Source of the DNA: a virus
Taxonomy: Duplodnaviria > Caudoviricetes
Virus record (IMG/VR): IMGVR_UViG_3300035670_000224
Coordinates: 1-60,564 of that record
DNA length: 60,564 bases
Strand: one strand, 5' to 3'
Within the stretch, counting starts at the first letter, position 1; each line of letters starts with the position of its first letter. The position numbers and the translations under genes were made by a program. Under the pieces are notes generated by a model, which ran no database searches, was not told where the DNA came from, and saw nothing but the letters and a program-made list of their open reading frames with translations. This document shows positions 1 to 7,298 of this stretch, one piece after another.

Positions 1-109
1 CATACCAGTCTCTAAGTAAGACAGGGGCACCATTATCTAGCCAGTCCATAGTATCATTCATTGCTTCATTAACCAAACGGTTAAGCTCTTCTTCAGATAG
101 GTCTTTCAT
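1..109 (-). CDS. hypothetical protein (partial, runs off window)
   Basis: ATG at 109 directly after the stop of the upstream minus-strand gene; frame open to the window edge (MKDLSEEELNRLVNEAM...). Confidence 0.45.
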   Translation of the reverse strand, partial: MKDLSEEELNRLVNEAMNDTMDWLDNGAPVLLRDWY

Positions 110-110
110 G

Positions 111-347
111 TTAATGCACCTTAACTTCTTCCCCTGTATCAAGATGGAAAATCTTGTATTCGGGTATGTCTAGGTTTGTAACAATAGCTGAAGCTACTTC
201 GTAGTTTTTATATCGACCAAGTTCAGCAAAGTCCTTGAAGTTACCAACAGGGGTAATTACTACGACCTCTCTGTCTACGAATCTATGGTACTGACCTCTT
301 GTAGTTTCTGGAATAGCGGACTTTTGTGTTTTTACTAAATTTAACAT
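111..347 (-). CDS. hypothetical phage protein
   Basis: 78-aa ORF with GGAGGT RBS, in tandem with neighbours. Confidence 0.7.
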   Translation of the reverse strand: MLNLVKTQKSAIPETTRGQYHRFVDREVVVITPVGNFKDFAELGRYKNYEVASAIVTNLDIPEYKIFHLDTGEEVKVH

Positions 348-356
348 AGCACCTCC

Positions 357-749
357 TTAATCTTGTTTATTAGAGAACTCTTCAATCAAAGAGTCTAACC
401 ACTGTAAACGCCCTTCTTTAAAATCTTTTGGCTGCATTTTCAAAGACAGCTTTGGATGATGACGATACATCCATCCTTCATACGAGCAGCAATTGTCCCC
501 TAACCTCTTCTCAATGACCTTTACTGCTACCTTACCTGCACGACTTTTATACTTTAGTGCAAGGCAGATATAATGATAAGAATCATCTGCAATACGTTCC
601 CTAGCTATCTTAAAGGCTTCAGCAATTTCTTTATCTGTTACTTCCCTTCCAATAGGGAATAGTTCTGTAATAGCGCTTACTTTACTCAACAACCATGTGC
701 TACCTTGCACATAAGCGTATTTCAACTTCTTACCGTATTTATCTACCAT
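357..749 (-). CDS. hypothetical phage protein
   Basis: ORF 357-791; ATG at 749 has AGGAGG RBS; TTGATT-17-TACAAT promoter just upstream. Confidence 0.7.
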   Translation of the reverse strand: MVDKYGKKLKYAYVQGSTWLLSKVSAITELFPIGREVTDKEIAEAFKIARERIADDSYHYICLALKYKSRAGKVAVKVIEKRLGDNCCSYEGWMYRHHPKLSLKMQPKDFKEGRLQWLDSLIEEFSNKQD

Positions 750-989
750 GTTAACCTCCTTAGTTGTTTGCATAGCTGTATTGTACAGCATATTTTTAAC
801 AAATCAAGCAATATTACAAATTATTACGATTTAAGTCATATCTTTTTGTTACCCATCCAAGCGTGTCTTGGAATAGGCATCAATACCAAGGCTTGTCCAT
901 CTAAGAACAGTAGACCTCTTAGAGTCTATAAAGAACCATATTAAAGCATATGTACAAACAAAGAATGTTGTTAAGAAACAACAGACAAT

Positions 990-1021
990 AAAAAATCCCC
1001 TGTCCTTTCAGAGAGGGGATT
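990..1021 (-). terminator. intrinsic terminator (minus strand)
   Basis: AATCCCCT/AGGGGATT stem followed by a U-tract on the minus strand. Confidence 0.7.
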
Positions 1022-1768
1022 AAATCGTTACTTCGTAACAAGACTTCACAAGCGCACTTTAGAATAGTAATATTCATATAGACTGACCAGTCTTTAGAAT
1101 CTTACTCTACCAAAGAAGGGAGAGGAGATTATTAGGTATCTTTATAAGTAAATTATTAGTAGTTTCTAATAAGATAGTAGTCATCAAAGACACACAAATC
1201 TAAGAACTGACAAGCTCTAGTATGTACAAATATGAAGTAAACTTCATATAAGACATAAACTTTAAGTTTAATATAACTAAAAGGTTATATATATACTTAC
1301 CTAGGGAAAATCGCGACGAAGTTTCGCCTTTTAGGAGGAAAGACGGTGCTATTGCTGTGTCTCTTCCTTATTCCCAAAAGGCGTTCTGCGTCACGTTAGC
1401 TAGGTTCAGTTAGATATGTTCTTACCTGAGGGTTGCTGACGTTATGGTACTTCACAAATAGTCTAGGGGAGGTGTTGAGGCTCCAGCCAAACAGTTTGCC
1501 GATTTTCTACAGTCCATCATTTAATATCCAAGAGCAGAAACGCTCAAGTATATTCGCTTGTAGGGGATTATTCGTCAATGGTTCAGACGTAATGTGCTTG
1601 ACAGCCTTTGCTGCTACGCTTGCGGAAGGAAGACTTGGTGAATCCCATTAGATGCCGCCTTTTATCCCGCAACACCCAACCGCCATTGTACCCGTAATAT
1701 GGTATTATACCACAACTTAGCTGCACTTCTACAACTAAGCCAGAGTTAGATATGATTTCTCATGTCAT
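990..1768 (-). ncRNA. candidate large non-coding RNA or origin-associated transcript
   Basis: Strong promoter at 1775-1803 and terminator at 990-1021 bracket ~780 nt with no minus-strand ORF >=60 aa; long hairpin at 1325-1383. Confidence 0.4.
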
Positions 1769-1774
1769 ACTTTA

Positions 1775-1810
1775 ATTATATCAAAAAAAATAAGAAAAGT
1801 CAAGTGAAGT
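1775..1810 (-). promoter_or_regulatory. sigma70-type promoter with ACTTCACTTGAC extended -35
   Basis: TTGACT-17 nt-TATAAT on the minus strand. Confidence 0.75.
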
Positions 1811-1891
1811 CGAAAAAATATGCTAAAAACTAGCTCAATTGTGCTAAATTTATAAAAAAAGTACAATTTGTGCAATAATTACACAAACTAC

Positions 1892-1920
1892 TTGCTTTTT
1901 AGATGTTTTTATGCTACAAT
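1892..1920 (+). promoter_or_regulatory. sigma70-type promoter
   Basis: TTGCTT-17-TACAAT with TG extended -10, upstream of the 1939 ORF. Confidence 0.55.
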
Positions 1921-1938
1921 ACCTCCAAGGAATAGGCT

Positions 1939-2427
1939 ATGGACTTGAAAAAACTTAATGAATTGCTTGAGTATGTTCCTCAAACAGGGGTTGTGCTTAT
2001 GAGAAGTACCAAGCATAGGCTTATTGCTGATGCAGATGGTTTCTACACAGTGTACGATACGGAAACAAAGAAGAGGACAAAGGTTAAAGCTGACAGGCTT
2101 TGTTGGTCGTTAGGTAACAACAAGAAGTTGTTGAAAACTCAGAAGATTCTGCATAAGAATCTGAACTACACAGACAACAGACTACAAAACCTTGCTCTTA
2201 CTTCCTCTAAGGTGTTTAGCAAGGTTCAAGAGGCAGTTAAGAATCTTGGAGGTGGTCTAAGACTTGCTCCGCATCATCGTGATAGGTATGATATAAATAT
2301 TTTCTATTTCAGTAATAAAAGGCTTGTAAAAGAGATTTATTGTGATATAATTGTAGCAAAGAGAAGGTTACTTGTGCTACAGCTAAGGTACGCAAAAGTC
2401 CTTACAAGGTACTGTTATTTTGATTAA
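1939..2427 (+). CDS. HNH-endonuclease-like protein (degenerate HNH/AP2 type)
   Basis: LNELLEYVPQTG N-terminus and KADRLCW...ILHKNLNYTDNRLQNL resemble the phage HNH motif. Confidence 0.6.
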   Translation: MDLKKLNELLEYVPQTGVVLMRSTKHRLIADADGFYTVYDTETKKRTKVKADRLCWSLGNNKKLLKTQKILHKNLNYTDNRLQNLALTSSKVFSKVQEAVKNLGGGLRLAPHHRDRYDINIFYFSNKRLVKEIYCDIIVAKRRLLVLQLRYAKVLTRYCYFD

Positions 2428-2442
2428 AGAAGGGGGGGGTAA

Positions 2443-2631
2443 ATGAATGTAGGACAACTGAAAGAGACCTTAAAGGGTTTTAATGATGAGACCGAGATTA
2501 AGATTGGTGGCTGGACAGAGTCCAATTCTGGAGTGTACCGTTATAGGACAACAACTCTTGAATCAGGGCATATAAACACTGAGACTGCACAGGCTACAGG
2601 TAAGACAGTAATTGTGCTAGACTCAGATTAA
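2443..2631 (+). CDS. hypothetical phage protein
   Basis: 62-aa ORF with purine-rich RBS; MNVGQLKETL start typical of small phage proteins. Confidence 0.65.
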   Translation: MNVGQLKETLKGFNDETEIKIGGWTESNSGVYRYRTTTLESGHINTETAQATGKTVIVLDSD

Positions 2632-2683
2632 CGCAAAAGTCAGCATCTACGGCACGGCGTACGCTGGGACAGCCGAGTTATGA
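2626..2683 (+). repeat. attC (59-base element)-like imperfect inverted repeat
   Basis: GATTAAC...GTCAGC...GCTGGGAC...GTTATGA, 58 bp, with TAAC/GTTA core ends. Confidence 0.35.
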
Positions 2684-2710
2684 CTCTGAATACAACGAAG
2701 GAGAGAAGCT

Positions 2711-2950
2711 ATGAGCGGAACGATGACGGTGAAAGAACTGATAAATAAATTGCTGGAGTACGACATGGACGAGCCTGTGTTTATCGGGCTGGGAAGCCGA
2801 AGCATCCCTGACGGTAGCGCGGAAATAATGGGGGTAGCGGAGTGGTCTTCAACCATCACCTGCGGCTTCGGGGTGTACCTCAATCCGCGTGAGCACTTGG
2901 AAAACCACGATGCGCCATCTAATGCAGAAATACTCAGATTAAAATGCTAG
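2711..2950 (+). CDS. hypothetical protein, GC-richer cassette-like gene
   Basis: 79-aa ORF with AGGAG RBS; visibly higher GC than flanks. Confidence 0.65.
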   Translation: MSGTMTVKELINKLLEYDMDEPVFIGLGSRSIPDGSAEIMGVAEWSSTITCGFGVYLNPREHLENHDAPSNAEILRLKC

Positions 2951-3183
2951 TGTTTACTATTTCTTTTGTATATGTGCTAAGCCTAGGTGCTACCCTTTCT
3001 TATGGAATTTTTGATAAATTTTCTAGGCTTGTCACTGTCTCTTATGCTGAGGCAGCGTACAACACTGTTCTTGCGATAACCCCAGTGCTAAATTCTTTTA
3101 CAGCTTTGCTGTTCACTTTCAGATTCTACAGGAAGAAGGTTAAAGACCTAGATATATTATCCACTTCACTTGACAATCATTAA
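2944..3183 (+). CDS. hypothetical membrane protein
   Basis: 79 aa with two hydrophobic segments. Confidence 0.55.
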   Translation: MLVFTISFVYVLSLGATLSYGIFDKFSRLVTVSYAEAAYNTVLAITPVLNSFTALLFTFRFYRKKVKDLDILSTSLDNH

Positions 3184-3198
3184 AAAATATGTTATAAT
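3163..3198 (+). promoter_or_regulatory. sigma70 promoter driving the tRNA region
   Basis: ACTTCAC-TTGACA-17-TATAAT with TG extended -10. Confidence 0.75.
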
Positions 3199-3395
3199 TA
3201 AATGTCAAGCATAAAATAATATAAATTCAATACTTAGGTTATCAGGATAACAAAATCTTCTTGCCCTGCCTTAACACTGAAGTAAATTACGATTGTTTGA
3301 CATAATCTGTTGACACTCGTTTACTCCTTTCTGATTGACTCAACCAAGGGAACAGTAACCCTTCCCTTCGGGGTTTAATAAATAACTAAGTAGGT

Positions 3396-3575
3396 ATGGA
3401 AACTAAAAATAATAAGAATGGTTACAATAGAAAACCATCAGGAATATTTGCACAAGAGGAAGAAGACGACTTCTACCTAGAGATACAGACCTTGGTAAAT
3501 CCTACAGGCTGTACGCCTGTTGTACTGTACGATAGAGAAGAAGAGATACAAGAAAATAACTTATACAGTGCTTAG
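3396..3575 (+). CDS. small acidic hypothetical protein
   Basis: 59-aa ORF METKNNKNGYNRKPSGIFAQEEEDDF... with AGGT RBS (below the ORF-track cutoff). Confidence 0.5.
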   Translation: METKNNKNGYNRKPSGIFAQEEEDDFYLEIQTLVNPTGCTPVVLYDREEEIQENNLYSA

Positions 3576-3596
3576 GAGTACGGTATAATAGAAATA

Positions 3597-3670
3597 TGTG
3601 TTGTCGTCTAAATGCTAGGACAGCCCTCGACGGAGGGTAGATGCAGGTTAAAATCCTGCCGATGCGTACA
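3597..3670 (+). ncRNA. tRNA-like element / pseudo-tRNA with collapsed anticodon loop
   Basis: D-arm, T-arm GCAGG-TTAAAAT-CCTGC, GU-rich acceptor stem; anticodon arm GCCCTC-GACG-GAGGGT has a 4-nt loop. Confidence 0.5.
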
Positions 3671-3765
3671 AGACTTTCAGCGAGTAGCTGATGGCACTAT
3701 GGAAAGACATAGACCAAAATAAAACGTACTGTGACTATAATAATAAAAAAGCAGTACATTTGGTT

Positions 3766-3925
3766 TTGGTGCGGTGTGGATGGACACACAAGGCGAGTTA
3801 TGTTTGCGTGAATAAGAATCGCAAACGGCGGGCTGTTAATACGTAATAGACAGGCACTGGCAGGGTCTTAAAAATCCGAGACGCTAATCGGCAACCTGCA
3901 AGCTGGTATCAAGCCCAGTCACCAA
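3766..3925 (+). ncRNA. 160-nt structured RNA with tRNA-like ends
   Basis: Acceptor-like TTGGTG/CACCAA, D-like GTGT/ACAC arm, T-like GCTGG-TATCAAGC-CCAGT arm; ~110-nt multi-hairpin insert in place of the anticodon arm. Confidence 0.55.
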
Positions 3926-3933
3926 TTAAATCA

Positions 3934-4008
3934 GATGCTATCGTATAATGGTCAGTACAGCAGGTTTTCATCCTGCTAATCAGAGTTCAATTCTCTGTAG
4001 CATCTCCA
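3934..4008 (+). tRNA. tRNA-Glu (UUC)
   Basis: Cloverleaf: GATGCTA/TAGCATC acceptor, GCAGG-TTTTCAT-CCTGC anticodon arm, TTCAATT T-loop, encoded CCA. Confidence 0.92.
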
Positions 4009-4030
4009 AGTAAACAAGAAGGGGGCTAGA

Positions 4031-4213
4031 ATGCGTTTAAAAGCTGTTTTAGTGCTGTTATTTGCGTTGGCAATACCTGCACAAGCAAAATCACCAGAAG
4101 CCCCTAAAATCCTCTTAGAATGTGGTTCCTTAGCTGGCTTTGGAGCATTGCATCTGTATCTTAAAGACGGAACAGGCATAACCATAAATATTAAGTGCGG
4201 AATGCAAGCATAG
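4031..4213 (+). CDS. small secreted protein with signal peptide
   Basis: MRLKAVLVLLFALAIPAQA signal sequence, GGGGG RBS. Confidence 0.6.
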   Translation: MRLKAVLVLLFALAIPAQAKSPEAPKILLECGSLAGFGALHLYLKDGTGITINIKCGMQA

Positions 4214-4222
4214 GAGAAAGAA

Positions 4223-4339
4223 ATGCAAGAAACAAACGAACTTGTACAGATAAGCGGAGCACCTACATCTGACTGGGTAATGGATGTGTTTATTTTCTTG
4301 TTTAACTTTTTTGACTTGCTCTTTGGTTGGATGTTCTGA
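4223..4339 (+). CDS. small membrane peptide
   Basis: AGGAG RBS; MQETNELVQISGAPTSDWVMDVFIFLFNFFDLLFGWMF. Confidence 0.45.
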   Translation: MQETNELVQISGAPTSDWVMDVFIFLFNFFDLLFGWMF

Positions 4340-4614
4340 CAGTGAGCTCTGTCTCTAAAAGTCTGCTACTTTATCTAATGATGTCTATTCTTGGTAAAGA
4401 CAAATAAGGTTGTAGACTTTTAGCTTCCTAGGTTGTAAGTCAATAAGACTAAACACTACATATACACCTAGGAGCTAGATAAATAAAACACCCGTCAAGC
4501 CTAGAACGCTGGAGAACTGTAATACTGGCAGTGCTGGGCTGGAAACGGTCGATGCTCAAACCGACGGGTTAATTTACAACATGGTGTAAACAATACACAC
4601 AAAAGGAATCAATA

Positions 4615-4743
4615 ATGAATTTTCTGAAATCAGCAGTAAGCGCAGTTAAGGGTGTGTTTACACCAACAACAGTCACTTTCATAAACCTGAATTGGTGCAA
4701 GATTGCACTTGTCGTAGTTAGTCTTATTGCATTCTTTAAGTGA
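4615..4743 (+). CDS. small membrane peptide
   Basis: AAGGA RBS; MNFLKSAVSAVKGVFTPTTVTFINLNWCKIALVVVSLIAFFK. Confidence 0.45.
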   Translation: MNFLKSAVSAVKGVFTPTTVTFINLNWCKIALVVVSLIAFFK

Positions 4744-4794
4744 GTATGTTATATACGAAATAATGAATGCGAATACCAGACCGTTGTGATATAT

Positions 4795-4871
4795 TGACGG
4801 TTAGCCAAGCTGGTTAAGGCATCGGATTTTGATTCCGACATTCGCAGGTTCAACTCCTGCACCATCTGCCA
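4795..4871 (+). tRNA. tRNA-Gln (UUG)
   Basis: Cloverleaf with TCGGA-TTTTGAT-TCCGA anticodon arm, GCAGG-TTCAACT-CCTGC T-arm, CCA end; two acceptor-stem mismatches. Confidence 0.9.
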
Positions 4872-5017
4872 ACAAACAAAATTTTGTGCAAGTTTCATCT
4901 CTTGCACATAAAAAGTTCTAACTACCTTAGAACCCTTATGACAGCGGATAGGCTATCAACCTTAGCGTCATATTAGATGGTACTACTAATTAAAATAACA
5001 GTACCGCATTTAGCTAA

Positions 5018-5045
5018 GGAAGCCTTCTCTGAGGGCTTTCTTTTT
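5018..5045 (+). terminator. intrinsic terminator
   Basis: GAAGCCTTC/GAGGGCTTT stem followed by a T-tract. Confidence 0.6.
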
Positions 5046-5108
5046 AGTCTTTGTAAGTATATTAAATATATTGTGTAAGACAAACATTAAAAAGAAATTG
5101 AGTAGATT

Positions 5109-5492
5109 ATGGTATTCAGAAAAACAGTAAATGGTGAAGTCGATGCTGACATCAACACCAGCGGAAGACCGCTAAAGGGCGATGGAACTAAGAAACTGAC
5201 TAATCGTCAGATTCGTGAAAAAGAGTTCCTATCTCTTGCAAGAAAGTTTAAACCCCTTCAGGCTGCTGCTCTTGCTACTGCATCAAAGATTATGCAGAAT
5301 GAAGAGTCTAGCGATATGAATAGGCTTAAAGCGTCTGCTTTAATTATTTCGACATACCAAGACTTGTTAAAAGATGTCTACGACAAGGATTATGACGCAG
5401 AAGGTGCAGATGAGATTCAACAAGGGAATAAAGCGCCCGTGTTTTCTTTATCTATCGTAGGCGGTAACGAAGAAGAAAAGAAAAAGAAGTAA
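5109..5492 (+). CDS. terS: putative terminase small subunit
   Basis: INTSGRP (NxxGRP) motif, helical 127 aa, first gene of the packaging operon. Confidence 0.55.
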   Translation: MVFRKTVNGEVDADINTSGRPLKGDGTKKLTNRQIREKEFLSLARKFKPLQAAALATASKIMQNEESSDMNRLKASALIISTYQDLLKDVYDKDYDAEGADEIQQGNKAPVFSLSIVGGNEEEKKKK

Positions 5493-5500
5493 GTTTTAAC

Positions 5501-5577
5501 AACAGCTAGGGTCATTCCCGAAAGAGAACTCCTCATTCTCCCGCTGTTTGTTTTATTTTAGAGGATTATCTGAGGAG
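5501..5577 (+). promoter_or_regulatory. structured leader with anti-Shine-Dalgarno loop
   Basis: AACAGC/GCTGTT closing stem; inner GAGAA/TTCTC hairpin whose loop CTCCTCA (5529-5535) is the exact complement of the RBS TGAGGAG (5571-5577). Confidence 0.55.
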
Positions 5578-5582
5578 ATAAT

Positions 5583-7298
5583 ATGGGAATGTTTACAGAC
5601 TTAATTAAAAACAGTAAACAAAGTGAAAATGAACGCTTTGAATCGAACAGAAGAGATGCTGAGAAACGCGGGCTTGATTTATTAAGTCATTTCTCAGAGA
5701 ACAATCAGTGGTTTGGTAATTACATCTTCAAGAGTTGTGGTCACTCGACCACCAGACAAATTAATAATATCCGCAACAGTAAAGGCGTACTTGTGTGTAA
5801 AGAGTGTTCTGACTTGAGAGCACAGCAATCAGAAGTATTGAGAGGTCTAGTTTGCCTTGGTGCTGCTTCCGACGGGCATATACGAAAACAAAGATACAAG
5901 GTATTAGCCTGTGGACACGAAGTTGACATTTTTAACGGTAATATGCAAAAACCGCCGTACAACTTATACCCTTGCAAAGAGTGCCTTACCGCAAGGCGGA
6001 ATAAGTTGTTAGAAACGCTGGGGATATCTGTTGTTGAAAACGGTGAACTGGGTAAAACATCTCTTCGCAGGGGGCATCTTTACCAAGAGTTTAAGTATTC
6101 TGGGTGTGGACACAGATTTTCAGCTTTGTTTACGCACCTTGAGGAAAGACCTCGTGGCTGCGTAGAGTGTAAAAAGTTAGAGAGTTCAAAATTGAACTCA
6201 GAGGTGGATACAACAGAAAATCCACGGTTAACAGGTAAGTTCAAGACAAGAGATATACCTGTCAGCCATAAAAAGATTAACGAAGCAATAGAGAAAGGTC
6301 TAACGCTTATCTCTGCTAGTAATAACCGTTGTTACGGCTACTATAGATTACCCTGCGGGCATAATTCATTCCTGCACTATGGTGCAGTCCGAAAAGCGAA
6401 AACTAACTTATTTAAATGTGAGCCTTGCTTAGATTTGAAGTTAAAGGCAGAAGCCGAGAATGTAGGTATTACTTATATTAAAGGTTTATTTGATATTAAG
6501 AAAAACTATATAAGAAATTACCAATTCCCGTGTGGTCATGTGTTACAGTTACGAACTGACAATGTTCGCACAGGGAAAATATCTTGCACAACGTGTAAAG
6601 AGGAGAAGTATAAAAGTGAAGCCACTGAAAGAGGTTTAGTATTACTTTCAGTTGGAGATAGGCAGTCCACCTATAACTACTTATTACCTTGTGGTCATAT
6701 TAAACCGACATATCTGTCATCCGTGAGGAACTACTCTTGGAAATGTAGAGAATGTCAGGAGCAAAGGTATTCCGAAGAGGCAAAAGCTGCTGGTCTTGTA
6801 ATGAACAGGAATGTGAAGAGTCATCACCATGATTATCGTAACTACACATTACCTTGCGGCTGTTCTAAAGATATAAGCATATTTTGTGTAAAGAATAAAT
6901 CCTTTGAGTGCAAAACACATCCAGATAGAAAGTTTGATTTCAGTCAACCAATATCTGTGTACTTAATTAAACTAATACTTCAAGACACTGAGGTTTTGAA
7001 ATTAGGTTATAGCAATGAACCCTCAAGACGGTTCAGGTGCTATGGTCTGGATGGTTCAGTAGAGGTCATCAAGGTTATAGAGTTCAGTAACGGACAAAAC
7101 GCTGTGGACTTAGAACGGCATTTGCACGAGAAGTACAGGCACATATCACTTAATTCTGAACAGATGTCGAACTACATGGGAAACGGTTTCACAGAGTGTT
7201 ACCCATTGGAAATGAAAGACACGTTGTTGAAAGAATTACAAGTTCTTGAAACAACATACAAAGGTACATTAAAAGAAGAAAGGAAACCTCTTGAGTGA
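5583..7298 (+). CDS. free-standing homing endonuclease: seven zinc-ribbon repeats plus C-terminal GIY-YIG-like domain
   Basis: Seven CGH/CGC-x(n)-CxxC/H repeats; C-terminal SVYLIKL...LKLGYS...RRF...LERHLH...GFTECY. Confidence 0.75.
   Translation: MGMFTDLIKNSKQSENERFESNRRDAEKRGLDLLSHFSENNQWFGNYIFKSCGHSTTRQINNIRNSKGVLVCKECSDLRAQQSEVLRGLVCLGAASDGHIRKQRYKVLACGHEVDIFNGNMQKPPYNLYPCKECLTARRNKLLETLGISVVENGELGKTSLRRGHLYQEFKYSGCGHRFSALFTHLEERPRGCVECKKLESSKLNSEVDTTENPRLTGKFKTRDIPVSHKKINEAIEKGLTLISASNNRCYGYYRLPCGHNSFLHYGAVRKAKTNLFKCEPCLDLKLKAEAENVGITYIKGLFDIKKNYIRNYQFPCGHVLQLRTDNVRTGKISCTTCKEEKYKSEATERGLVLLSVGDRQSTYNYLLPCGHIKPTYLSSVRNYSWKCRECQEQRYSEEAKAAGLVMNRNVKSHHHDYRNYTLPCGCSKDISIFCVKNKSFECKTHPDRKFDFSQPISVYLIKLILQDTEVLKLGYSNEPSRRFRCYGLDGSVEVIKVIEFSNGQNAVDLERHLHEKYRHISLNSEQMSNYMGNGFTECYPLEMKDTLLKELQVLETTYKGTLKEERKPLE

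Noticed and set aside
1433-1651. 72-aa plus-strand ORF in the non-coding region
   Set aside because: TTG start, no recognisable protein features, and antisense to the strong leftward promoter.
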